A stretch of DNA of 64,000 nt from the human T2T-CHM13v2.0 reference genome, Homo sapiens: NCBI RefSeq assembly GCF_009914755.1, contig NC_060942.1. The stretch is one strand, 5' to 3'. A model generated the notes under the pieces. That model ran no database searches and was not told the origin of the DNA. It worked only from the letters and a program-made list of their open reading frames with translations. Position 1 is the first letter of the stretch; each line of letters starts with the position of its first letter. Position numbers and translations under genes: made by a program. Positions 1-15,030 of the stretch are shown here, piece by piece.

Positions 1-23
1 TGGGGACACAGCCAAACACAGCA
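1..23 (-). mobile_element. Terminus of a MaLR (THE1/MST-type) LTR, cut by the window edge
   Basis: tggggacacagccaaac resembles the MaLR LTR end GGGACACAGCCAAACCATATCA. Confidence 0.5.
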
Positions 24-1344
24 GCTGCCTATCTACATCCCTTGAACCTACTCTGCCCATATTTCTGTTATTTTTTCCCCAAGTTTCATATAACATAACA
101 ACAGGATCACTTCCTAAGTCCCTCAGCAGAAAAAGTGGATTTGAAAACTGACTCTGGTGTGTACTTCTGTATAGAAGTCAAATTGCTTACTTTGATAGAC
201 AATACGATTTCCTGCAGACACTAATGGTAAATATTGTAAACTAAGGATGTAAGCAGGTTTTAATCCTTTAAATTTATTCTCAGATAATGGAAATTGAACA
301 AATAACAATTAATCATGTAGTTTGATTGCTTCTTGTCTGTAACTTATTGTTACTCAAGTTCATATTTTACAAACTGTAGTGTAAACAACATCGAACCTTT
401 CTTGAAAAGCAGCTTCAGCTCAGATCTCATCTCAAACATCAAGAGCCTTGACTCCAAAATGGTGTGAATTGGCTGCCATCTGCTGGACCGGGACACGTAA
501 AGGTGAATTCTAGGTTTTATTTAGCGTCCAGGAAAATCAAATCCCAGTCTCAAACAATATAGTCTTAATTAATTTCTCTGAGAATGTCAACATTTACATA
601 TATTAAAGATTGAACTTAATTACAATTGCAATTTATTGATTGAGAAGGCACTTCACTATCTTCCAATGCATTCAAGATCATTACAAAATCCTGTTATAAA
701 TCAGGGTGGAACATATCACAAGAAAATGACATATGAAATAATTTATATAAGGACTTTTAATATAAAATATCTTTAATACAAAGTATTGTATGTTTTGAGT
801 GCATAATATATTTTAAAAGCCATTGTTAAATATTGTAAAGCATAAAAATACTCATCAGACGCAACAATCCATTTCTTTGTTGCATAGAAAAGAGGACTCT
901 GAGGGAGTCAAGGTAAATCCAGGTAAACCCCAAGACAGTGCCACTGAGAAGGTGCCTTAAGTCAACAGCACAGATGTCATCTCTAGGGAGTGTGTGGGCC
1001 GGGGTTCGTGAGGACAATGGTCTTCAGCCTTGACACACGTGGATGTGTGGCTGGAGACCCCAAGTGGAATGGGTGGATTCCAGTGGTACACATCATAAGA
1101 AAAATCGTGGAGACTGAGGAGTTAGGAAATAAGTAGAGGGTCAGGTTAGCTGAAACACTGAGTGTGAACAGGGAGGTTGTTGGGAATAAAATGGGAGAGG
1201 TAGGTTGGGGCAGGTGCACGGAGGGGCTTGTAAATCACCACCAAGAGTTCAGGCTGCTGGAAGCTTCCAAGGTAAAGCTGGGATTCACTTAGACAAAAGG
1301 CAACTGAGTCGACAAACTGAACATCCTTGTTTGTAGAGAACATT

Positions 1345-1600
1345 TGTGCTACTTATTCAGCAGTTTCCATGACCCAGGCCATATTCTAACTGCAAGAACA
1401 CAGAGAAATAAGGAGCATCTCCTGCCCTCCAAGGCCTCCATTCTCAGAGCAGAGGCTTCTCGGTCAATGGCTCTGATGCATACACTGTGGCAGAGCAGAA
1501 ATGTGGACTCTGGAAACTACTGCAGGAACATGAGAAAGAAGCACCTGCCTCTGTCTGGAGATGTTGACCAAACTCCATATGACAGGTGCATCAGTCTAGG
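1345..1600 (-). mobile_element. L2 fragment (3' region, antisense)
   Basis: Degenerate pattern ttattcagcagtttccatgacccaggcc...cctgccctccaaggcctccattct is typical of L2 3' ends; boundaries approximate. Confidence 0.45.
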
Positions 1601-2564
1601 TGGGAAACGTAAGCAGAAGTGTTGCAAGCATAGAGGCCAGGGAAAGGCACCCTTGTGGCTCCAGATTTTGTAATGTCACGGAGTCCTAGGTGTGTGGCTC
1701 AAGCCCAGGAACAAGTCCAGTGGAGTGGACGCCTGAGGGACTGCCATTAAATACACTCAATGTGTGTCAAAAAGTCTTGGGAGTAACACAGAGATGGTCC
1801 ACCACTTTGACACTTAAAACTGCGTATGAGTTAGGGAGGTACAGTTTAAAAATGCTGCTGGAGAGACAACCTGGGTTTAATTTAGAACTCTTCAGCACAC
1901 AGATGGCAATGAAGCCATCCAAGAGGTGAAACTGCATGTGTAAAAAATGCATTGCAGAGAAAGCAGCCCTGACTGCCATTTACTGGGAGTGGGTCAGGCA
2001 TTGAGGGCCGAGGCACTCTCTTGTTACCATAGAGAGTTTCACAGACACCGCATCAGGCAAGGCCACTCTGTGATGAGCATAGGAAAGATGAGCTTGAGAA
2101 CACTGGCCAGGCCATGCAGATGGCCCCATGCCCTCCTTCCCGGGCTCGTCTACACACTGTGGCTTCTTTAACACCTTGGCCCGTTCACGCTCTCTACTCT
2201 GTAAATGAAATCATGGAGAGAACAATCATAGTTTTCCCAGCTATTGACAGTGCCCAGTCTGGAGCAAACCCATTCTTCCTTGAACCCTACCCCAAATACC
2301 CTAATATGACCCCAAGTCCTCTAATAATCCCTATTTCTTCCTCTTACCAAGACACCCTGTGCCCCTCCGGGTGTGCTCTTGTTGTTGCAGTGAACCAGTA
2401 ACTCACCTTTACCTAAGACAGGGCCACGGGGAGGAGGACGGAGAAGTTGCCACAGGTGGAAAGAATTCAGCAGTGTGGGTTCTTTCCCCTAGGACAGAGC
2501 TTCTCAGACTACAGGTAATCTTCAGTGTTGAAATTATATTTGTTTGGGGAAATATAAGATGAAT

Positions 2565-2710
2565 TTGGAGCAGGCGGGGACCAGATCATGAAAGGTATCT
2601 TATTTAATGCCATGATATTTTGATTGTATGAGAGGTTTGGAGAGTGAGGAGGTATTGCAGCGTCTTATCTAGGGAGGTGGCATGGTCACTTTAGAGACCC
2701 TCTTCTGGAA
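2565..2710 (-). mobile_element. L2 fragment
   Basis: ggggaccagatcatgaaagg...ggcatggtcactttagagaccctc resembles antisense L2. Confidence 0.4.
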
Positions 2711-2719
2711 GCACCTACA

Positions 2720-3495
2720 TGTGCATCAAGGTCACCCAAAGATATTTTAAAAAATGCAGAAGTTGATCCAGTGGAGCTGAGATCCTGTGTTTCACAAAGT
2801 TCCAGGTGGGGCTAGGATGGTGGTTCTTGAGGGGTGGTTTCTGCATCAGCAATGTCAGCATCACCTGGAAATTTGTAGGAGTTGCAGATTATCACCTGAC
2901 ACCAGACCACACTGAATGAGAAAGTTGGGACCTGGGATCCTGCAATTGCCTTCAAAAAAAATTAATAGCAAGTTGTGACAGTTAATTGTATGTGTCAATT
3001 TGACTTGAGTAGATGGTAAAACGTTATTTCTAGGTGTGTCTGTGAGGGTGTTTCCTACTAAGTTAGCATTTGAATTGCTAGACTGAGTGGAGAAGTTTCA
3101 CCCTCACCCATGTGGGAGGCAGCATGCAATTTGCTGAGCACCCAGATAGAACAAAAAGCAGAGGAAGGGCAAATTTCCTTTCCTTTCTTGAACTGGGACC
3201 ACCATCTTCTCCTGCCCTTAAACACTGAATTCCTGGTTCTCAGGCCTTCAGACTCAGTAACATGCAAACCCACAACACCGCCTGTCTGGAGTCCTTTGGA
3301 CTCATGTGAATGATACATTGGCTTTCCTGGGTCTTATGCTTACTGATGGCAGATGGTGGCATGTCTCAGCCTCCATGATCACATGAGTCGATTCCCATCA
3401 TCTCCTTCCCTATGGATCCTACTGGTTCTGTTTCTCTGGAGAACCCTTTAACTCCAGGTGATTCTGATGTCCATTAAAGCTTGGGAACATTATTG
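2720..3495. mobile_element. MER5 (hAT-Charlie) pieces, interrupted by an MLT2 LTR
   Basis: cagcatcacctggaaatttgtaggagttgcaga (about 2857) and, after the LTR, ccaggtgattctgatg (about 3454) are MER5A hallmarks. Confidence 0.7.
2974..3456 (+). mobile_element. MLT2 (ERVL) solo LTR
   Basis: Starts tgtgacagttaattgtatgtgtcaatttgact, contains gtgtgtctgtgagggtgtttc, ends ctactggttctgtttctctggagaaccc. Confidence 0.88.
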
Positions 3496-4734
3496 TTATT
3501 GGCATAGTTGAAGTGCGATAGACACAGATGTGGTCCCAGAAGATGCTAAGAAGGAAGAGAATTTTGAGGAGTCACAGTAGTGCTACACGGCCCAGGGCTA
3601 AGAGTAGCTCCCAGAACTTCCACCTGCAGCTCTCTGGTGAGATATCAGCCATGTGAACAAACCTACCCCTAATAGAGTCTGGGAGATTCAGGGCAGCCAT
3701 AGCACAAGATGTGTTTGGTTGGACAACTAGCTCTTTCCATCCTGTGTGTAATATTTGGACAAGCTAATCAGGTGCATACCTGTGTTCAGGCAAAGGTAGC
3801 ACATTCAGAGAAAAGTTAGCCTCATTAATGCAAAATTATGAAGTGGGGTTCCTAAACATATCATGCTTCCCTACTCTGAGCACTAAAACCTTAACTCTAG
3901 TATTAACGTCTACCCATCAAGGTATCTATTTTGCTGTAATAGTATCTCCTAGAAAGGCTCTTTAACTTGGAGCCTGTTGGAGACAAAGGAAGAGTTTGCG
4001 CAGAATGGCTGAATCCACACACTACACTGAAAATATTCAACACTTCAGAGGACACTATAAAGCTCATATAGAGGGTCTTGCACTGGTCCGCAGGGCCTTC
4101 TCCATGATGGGCAGGTAAGAATGTAATGACAGTGGCTTTGGGGACATTCCAGAATCTGCTACATACTTCATGCTCCTCTTCACCCCTTCCACCTGTGCTA
4201 GGAGTCTTGCTGTATTTCAGGGCAATTATGGTAAATTTGTATTTTTTGAATATGCATTTTATCCCCATGGAATCATTCAGAGCATCACTTCTGTCTAAGC
4301 TGCTCCATAGACAGTGGGTGGGGTTGGGATACCTTGTGCCTCAGTGCTGCCCAGGAACCTGCGCCCACTTGGCTGCACCTGTGCTCTGGCTGACATCTGT
4401 ACCTTTGCTGGAGTCAGTGCTCATCACTGAATCAGGGAAGGAGCATTTCAGAGCTTGGTTTTCAGGAAGAGTCTCTCCCTAGTTGAGTCCAGGACAGGAA
4501 AGAGCTCTGTTTGAGTAGAGCCATAGATGCTGGTGGAGAATCACCTTCCACAGCTCACCTGAAGCAAAGGTCGAGTTGTGCCTGTAATTCCCTGTATGTC
4601 CAGGACTCACTGGATGTCAGTCAGGGTATGTGGAGGGCACCACAGGGTATGGTGCAGGGCACCACCTTCATCCTTCAGCATAGTAAGGAAGAAAGGCATT
4701 TACAGAAACAATCTCAATAAAAATGAGATAACAT

Positions 4735-7255
4735 GAAACCAACATACAAAATCAGTTATTTTTTATACATTAATAACAAACTCTTTGAAAACTAAATTAA
4801 GAAAGCTATCACATGTACAATAACATAAAGAATTAGTAATAAATTTAACCAAGGAGGTAAAAGAGCTGCACACTGAAAACTATAAAACATAGATGAAAGA
4901 AACTGAAAAAGACACAAATAAATAGAAAGATAATTTGCATTCATGGATTGGAAGAATTAAAATTGTTAAAATGTTCCTATTACCCAAAGCTCTCTACAGG
5001 ATCAATTAAATTTCTATCAAGTTTCCAATGACTTTTTTTTTTACAGAAATAGGAAAAAACCTTCCTAGAATTCATATGGAACCACAAAAGACCCAGAAGA
5101 GCCAAATCAATTTTGTGCAAAAAGCAAAACAAAACAAAACAAAACAAAACAAAAAACAAAAAAACCAACTTGGTGACATCACACTTCTCGATTTCAGAAT
5201 ATACTACAAAGCCATAGTGATCAAAATAGCATAGCACTGGCATGCAAACAAATATATAGATCAATGGAAAAAAATAAATAACCCAGAAATAAATCCACAT
5301 ATTTACAATTAATTGATCTTTTACAAAGATGCCAAGAACATACAATGAGGAAACAATAGTCTCTTCAGTAATTGAAGAAACAACAACAAATAATAATAGA
5401 GCAATTGAACCTTATCTTACTCTATATACATAAATTAACTCAAAATGGATTAAAGACTTAAATGTAAGACCTGAAATGATAAACTACTAGATTAAAAACA
5501 TGGGGGAAACACTTACTGACTTTGGTGGAGGCAATGATTTATTGAATATGCCATCAAAAATACACAACAGAAGCAAAAAATGGCAAATGGGATTGCATGA
5601 AACTAAAATGCTTCTGTATAGCCAAGGAAACAATCAACAGAGTGAAGAGACACCTGTAGAATGGAAGAAAATATTTGCATATCATACATCTGACAAAATA
5701 TTAATATTTAAAATGTACACAAAACTCAAACAACAAATAATCCTATTTTTAAAAATGGGCAAAAAAATTTCAATAGATGTTTCTCAAAGAAGACACACAA
5801 ATGAACAATAGATATATGAAAAAATGCTTAACATGGCTAATTATCAGGGAAATGCAAATCAAAACCACAATGAGATCTTATCTTGTTTGTTAAAGAGCTA
5901 TTACTAAAAAGACAAAAGATAACAAGTATTGGTGAGGATGTGAAGACAAGGAAACACTTTCAAACTTTTCTTGGGAATGTAAATTAGTACTCTCATTATG
6001 AAAAACAATATAGGAGTTCTTCAAAAAATTAAAAATAGAACGACTGTATGATTCAGCAATCCCACTCTGGGTATAGATCCAAAGGAAATGAGATGAGTGT
6101 GTTGAAGAGATATCTGCACTGATAGAATTGCAGCGTTAGTCACAATAGCCAAGATATAAAAATAACCCAAGCATCTACTAACAGATGAATGGTGTCTCCA
6201 GAGACAGAACCAATAGGAGATTTTATGCGTGTGTGTGCATGTGTGTGTGTGCATGCACACATATGTACATGAGGAGATATACTACGAGAATCGGCTCCTG
6301 CAAGTGTGGAGGCCAAGGAGCCCCACAACTTGCTGTCCATGAACTGGAGAAACAGGAAAGCTGGTGCTGGTATTCAGTCTGAATACATAGTCTGAAGAAC
6401 TGGGGAAGCTAATGGGGTTATTCTCACTCTGAGGCAGCAGGTCTGAGAAGTGGGGTACTGCTGGGGGAAGCCCCATAATCCAGAAACCCAGGAACCAGGA
6501 GCTCCAGTGTCTGAGGGCAGAAGAAGAAGAATGTCTCAGCTCAAGGAAGAGAGCACATTCACCCCCCATTTTGTTCTCCCGGGCCCTCAGTGGTTTGGAG
6601 GATGCCTGCCTGCATTACTGAGAGGGAAGCTTCATTACTCAGTCCACTGATTCAAATGCTCATTGCTTCCAGAAACATTCTCACAAGCACATCCAGAAAC
6701 AATGACATTCCTTAGCTTAGCCAAGCTGATACATAAAATTAACTATCACAAGTAAATTAAAAAAAATGTGGAGGGAAATCCTGCTATTTGCAGCATGGAC
6801 CAATCTGAATGTTGTTACACTAAGTGAAATAAGCCAGGCACAGAAAGACACATACAACATGATCTCACTCATATGTGAAATCTAAAAACGTTGAGCTCAG
6901 AAGCAGGGTAGAGTGGTGGTTACCAGGGCTGGGGAGTCCCGGGAGTGGCATTGGTCAAAGGATACCAAGTTTCAGTTTTAAGATGAATAAGTTCTGGAGA
7001 TCTAATGTACGGCAGGGTGATTATAGTTAACAATACTCCATTGTGTATTCAAACTGCTAAAAATGGATCTTAACTATTCTCCCCACCCCCCCCACACACA
7101 CATGTACAAGGCAAACATATGAAGTGTTGGATGTGTTAACTAGCTTGATAATAGTGATCATCTCCCAATGAATACTTATATCAAAGCATCACAATATATA
7201 CCTCAAATATGCATAATTTTAATTTGTCAGTTATACCCAATAATGCTGAAACACA
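4735..7255 (+). mobile_element. 5'-truncated L1 (L1MA-type): decayed ORF2 C-terminal part plus 3' UTR, interrupted by an MLT2 LTR
   Basis: ORF 5028-5234 peptide GDITLLDFRIYYKAIVIKIA matches L1 ORF2p [20 protein letters not shown]; caaatcaaaaccacaatgagat; 3' UTR ttctggagatctaatgtac; internal (AAAAC)n near 5125. Confidence 0.92.
6193..6750 (-). mobile_element. MLT2 LTR inserted into L1
   Basis: ctccagagacagaaccaatagga...acataaaattaactatcaca is the reverse complement of MLT2; L1 sequence resumes at 6751. Confidence 0.88.
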
Positions 7256-7600
7256 ACCAACTAAAAAAAGTATTAACAAAATGCTCTGAACAGTGCTTGG
7301 TTCAGGTTATATTATAATTCTAAAACACAAACCTAATTTCATTAAACTTGTCAGGTAATGGAGATCTGTGTTCAGGAACAAAAATCTCTCAAAACAAAAC
7401 CTGAAATGGTATTATATACCATTCTGGGCAAGCACAGAAGATTTTGAATAACTCCATCAAAAATGGGTAACAATCTTGATTAGATTCAAGCAGGACTGCT
7501 GTAATATTCCCAGCATTTTATACTTTCCGGGTTAAAGCTGGTTTGTTTGATCTTGTAGTTTTCATAGGATTTCAAACAGCCAAGTTTCTCTAAGTGTATT

Positions 7601-7948
7601 TGTGTTAATCTGTTTTCATGCTGCTAATAAAGACATACCTGAGACTGGGTAATTTATAAAGAAAAAGAGGTTTAATTGACTCACAGTTCCACATGGCTGG
7701 GAGGCCTCACAATCGTGGTGGAAGGCGAAGGAGGAGCAAAGTCACATCTTACATGGTGGCAGGCAAAAAAGAGCTTGTGTAGAGGAACTCTCTTTTGTAA
7801 AACCATCAGAACTTGGGAGACTTATGATAACAATATGGGGGAAACTGCCCCCAGGACTCAATTATCTCTACCTGGCCCTGCCCTTCACATGTGAAGATTA
7901 TTACAATTCATGGTGAGATTTGGGTGGGGATACAGCCAAATTATATCA
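7601..7948 (-). mobile_element. THE1 (C/D-like) MaLR solo LTR
   Basis: TG...CA ends, catgctgctaataaagacatacctgagactggg, and a perfect 5-bp target-site duplication GTATT at 7596-7600 and 7949-7953. Confidence 0.93.
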
Positions 7949-9569
7949 GTATTGTTTTAAATAAGTGTCATGTCCTTGCTAATGTTACAATTAAAAAACA
8001 AGGCTTCTTGGTGCTCCACACTTGGGGCTCACCAGCTGGAACACCATGAGGTTTAACAATAGGGAGTACTCAATAAAAGTCACTTGTTCTTATTTTTTAA
8101 TGAGATATTACTACGAGGGATAGAGAAAGCAGTTTGAGAAGTATACTGAGTAACTGGCTAAAGGATGCTACTGCAGAGATCATGTTTGAGTTTAATGTCA
8201 GTATTTTCATGTCTTTTTGACAGTAAAGAATAGGAAGAGGAGAGGAAATTTTTCTTATTAATTAGTTTATGAGAAATTCTAGCAGGACAAATTAACATGA
8301 ATGGGTGGAATGAAGGAAGGCATAGATTAAACAGTTAGGCTATGAGTGGATAATTGTTTTAGCCTGGTAATAGGTATGTGAAAGTTGAGTCTACTTTTGT
8401 CTGTGTTAGAAATTTTCCACAATAATAGGCTTAAAACAAATGAATACAGGAAAAATTTAGGAGAAATAACTCTTGCAGAAAATTTATATATTTGTCAAAT
8501 AATTTTAAAGGTTAAAAATATTCATTAGCCAGTAATATAGGCAGTGTTTTGACATGTCCTCAATATTATTAATATCTTTGCTTTTAAATAAAACAAAACA
8601 AAACAACAAAACTCATCAGCAAAACAACTTTGAGATTGATAGAAAAAACCCTGACGACGTAAAATAGTTTAAAAAAGTCATTATAAGTTAGTGTATTATA
8701 ACAGTACTTCTTATTAAAAAAAATCTATTTACATGTCTTTTACCCAAAGTAGCATGTTTTTGCTAAGAAAATATATTTTTCACCAGTAAAGAGATTAAAC
8801 ATGGAGTATTTACTTCTCCCAGAAATGCCTCCCAAGCTCGGATTTTGTATTCATTGGAATTAAAATTACAATTTCTAAAGCTTGGTTATTTTTTTCTAGA
8901 GATGTGTATTTGATGACCTTTACTCCACTAGAGGGCTCTGTGGATAAGAGAAAATACTTAAACTCATAGCATTTAAAGCCATCTTAAATGTACACCATTT
9001 TACCAATTAATTTCTTGGTAATTCTTGTTTCATATTCAGATGTAACTTATTGCATCTGAAACTGCGTAGTATAATTAATATCTTTAGATATTCTTTTTTC
9101 TAATTAATTGCTGATAGTTCTTCTGAGAAAGATTTATACTCTAATAAATCTTGTCCTTTTTTCTTCATTAGGAGTTAGAATCACCAACATATATAGGCGG
9201 TACTTATTTCTGAATACAAAATACTTTGATGAGCCAATGGCCTACTTGATAATTCAGATGTCTGCTCTCTCATAATCTAATACTACTTCAAGATTACTTT
9301 GAAAACTTTAATAACAGTATTATAACACAAAAGGTATGGGTTCTTAGATGGGATTTATATTCACTCAGACATATTTCCATATTTGTGAGAATATTTATGT
9401 CTCATCTAATTTTAAATGACAGAGGCAAGGCTTTTACATAAATAGCAGAATATTCTGGTATCCATCCCTGCATTTGAAGCAATCAGGATTTTTTAAATTT
9501 TTACCTGTGGATGTTACAGGCCCCACATAGAGGGAGAAGGGAGGATTCAGTATCCAATGTTCAAACAAT

Positions 9570-10380
9570 GTATTATCTAATAGACCAAGTTTTCCACACA
9601 AAATTATAAGGCATGCAAAAAAATAGAGAAAAAAAACCCAGGAAAACACACACAGGAAAAAAGAAGTTGACATACAGTGTCTGTGAAAAAGAACTGATGC
9701 AGATTTAAGCAACAAAGACTCCAAAGCAGAACTTACAAATACGCTAAAAGAATTCCAGAAAACCACGCTTAGATAAGTTGAAAAGATGCAGTAAGAATGC
9801 TGATAGTCAAATAGAGAAGAGCAGTATAAAGAGATTCAACTTACATAAAAAACAAAAGAAATGAAGTCCTGGATTTCAAAAGCACAATAGCTGAAATGAA
9901 AAATTCACTAAGTGGCTCAATGGTAGATTTGAGATAGCAAACAAAACCAAACAAAAATCCAGACAGACAGATACAGCAAACATGAAGACAAGAATCATAC
10001 GTCCAAAGAACAGAAGGGAAAATAAGATGAAGAAAAATGAGCAGAGCCTCAGAGGAATATCAGACACCACGAAGCATGCCAACAAACGTGATGGGAGTGC
10101 CAGGAGAGGAGAGAGAGAAAGGAGCAGAAAGGATATTCAAAGAGTTAACAGCAGAAAACTTCTCACATTGGATGAAAAACATTAAGCTGCATATTTAAGA
10201 AGCTCAGTGAACCACACAAGGAAAACGCTGAAAGCCAAACACAAATGGAAAATCTTGAAGGAAGTAACATAACACGTCATGATGTACAAAGGAACCCCAA
10301 TAAAATTAAGATATGACTTCCTGTCAGAAACAGTGAAGGCCAGAAAGCAATAGAATAACAATCTCAGTGCTGAATGAAAC
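9570..10380 (+). mobile_element. Old L1 ORF1 region (decayed)
   Basis: Peptide KMKKNEQSLRGISDTTKHAN and downstream YKGTPIKLRYDFLSETVKARKQ resemble L1 ORF1p. Confidence 0.82.
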
Positions 10381-10404
10381 AAAAGAAAGAAAGAAAGAAA
10401 GAAA
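10381..10404 (+). repeat. (GAAA)n microsatellite
   Basis: Directly visible. Confidence 0.9.
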
Positions 10405-11960
<1,556 letters not shown>

Positions 11961-12624
11961 CACTAGCTAGCATTCTGTAGACTCCATGTATTAAAATGCC
12001 TTTAGTCAAAGGATTAATAAGTAGATATAATTAATTGTTTTACCAGATTCTCTTGCTAACGACATTTCCTAATTTCAAACTTTTTGTGTGAACCTAATTA
12101 GTAATTTCTAATTTAATAGATAATATACCTTCCCTTTATGCATTAGAAGCCCAGAAAGGGATAATAAGGTACTTGAGGCCATAGTTTGGGAATATTCTTA
12201 CATTATTAGCCTAAGGGACATGACAGTAAAATGCAAACTATAAGCAACAGGACAAAGACAGCAAGAACAGTCTGGTTTTCATTTATATATATTGTACTAG
12301 GAATTTTACTCGTCCTTAAGTTCTCCAAGGGTAGTTCCAGGAGACTTCAAGATGGGTGTCTCTGGGCTGGGGAACTGGCCCACTCCCGGGATGCTTCTGT
12401 GCTGTGCATTTGTGCTCCAGCATGCTCAGAGTGTTTGTCCTCTGGCAAACGTGTTCCTCAAATGCGATAGGTGCATTGCATGGTGACGCCCGGCAACGCA
12501 GTTTGCCTGTGCCTGCAGCAAGTTTCAGCGAAAGAAGTTCCCCTGTCATTCTCTAATTCCCCACTTCAAAGCATCTGCGCTTGCTGTCTTTCTTGTTGGA
12601 ACAAGGTGCTCCTGGCTCTTTGCA

Positions 12625-12903
12625 GCTTCTAGACCTCAGCTCAAACACCACCTCTTCCTTCAGAGAATGTTTCCTGACCTCTGGGTCTAAAGCAGCAATC
12701 TCACTTACTCTTTCATACCCTTAATTCATTTTCTTCATATTTATTAAAATCTATAATTATCTTTTTAATCACTTGTCTAATTGCATATTTTAGTATTTTT
12801 CCCAATAAATACCAAGGTATATGAGAGTAAGAATCTTTCACTTTTGTCACTATAATTAAAGAATTTAAGGAAATATGTCCAGTAAATATTTGTTGCAAGA
12901 ATA
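12625..12903 (+). mobile_element. L2 3' end
   Basis: agacctcagctcaaacaccacctct...cagtaaatatttgttg. Confidence 0.65.
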
Positions 12904-13329
12904 CAGAAAGGATGAACTTATCTGCTTCTACACAACCAGAACATCAGACAAAATGATCCCTGCTGCCATTGCTGAAAAAGGTAAGATTTAGTGTAGTTGG
13001 ATTTTACAGACAAATGAATACTTCATCTCCATATGAGAAGAACTTTCTAAGTCTTAAAGCTTCCTAAAGATGAGGTGGGTTTACAAAATGTTTCAACAGG
13101 TGCTAGGAGGTATTTTAACAAACTTTGAAAGTGTCTAAGTTCATCCTAAACATCCAAGTATAAGAGTCTAAAAAATATTGGTCTGTTTTTATTCTTTGAA
13201 AAGGGATGGCTTTATTTAAAAATTAATGATAGAATTATAGAATTAGAGGGCGGGAGCTGGGCACAGGCTAGACAGGCTGTCAGTCAGACTGAAATGGATC
13301 CCAATGACAATGGTCTTGTTTTCATTTGT

Positions 13330-14650
<1,321 letters not shown>

Positions 14651-14892
14651 TGCTGGTGCTCCCTGAAGGAGTAAAAGGTTTTTCCCCAGGCAGGGCCCCT
14701 GAGTGTCTCTCCAAGTGGGGGGCACGGGCTGAGACCACCCCTGTAACAGACCCCCTGCCATTCCAGTGTCTCAGGTGGTGGAGGGGAGTCTCGGGCCCAC
14801 AGGGAGGAAGAGGTATCCCTGAATAAGCTGCCCGCTGAGAGGGCTCCCCTGGTTGCGTTCTGCCTGGGAAACGAGTCTGTGGGGTAGGACTC

Positions 14893-15030
14893 TCAGGAAG
14901 AACTGACTCTGCTAACACCTTGATTTTAGATTTCCAGTCTCCAAAACTGAAAGAATACATTTCTATCATTTTTTTTTTTTTGTCATCCAGAGTGTGGTAA
15001 TTTGTTGCAGCAACCCAGAGAAACTCACAT
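14893..15030 (+). mobile_element. MLT1 LTR 3' fragment
   Basis: ctgctaacaccttgattttagatttccagtctcca...gtggtaatttgttgcagcaacc. Confidence 0.8.
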
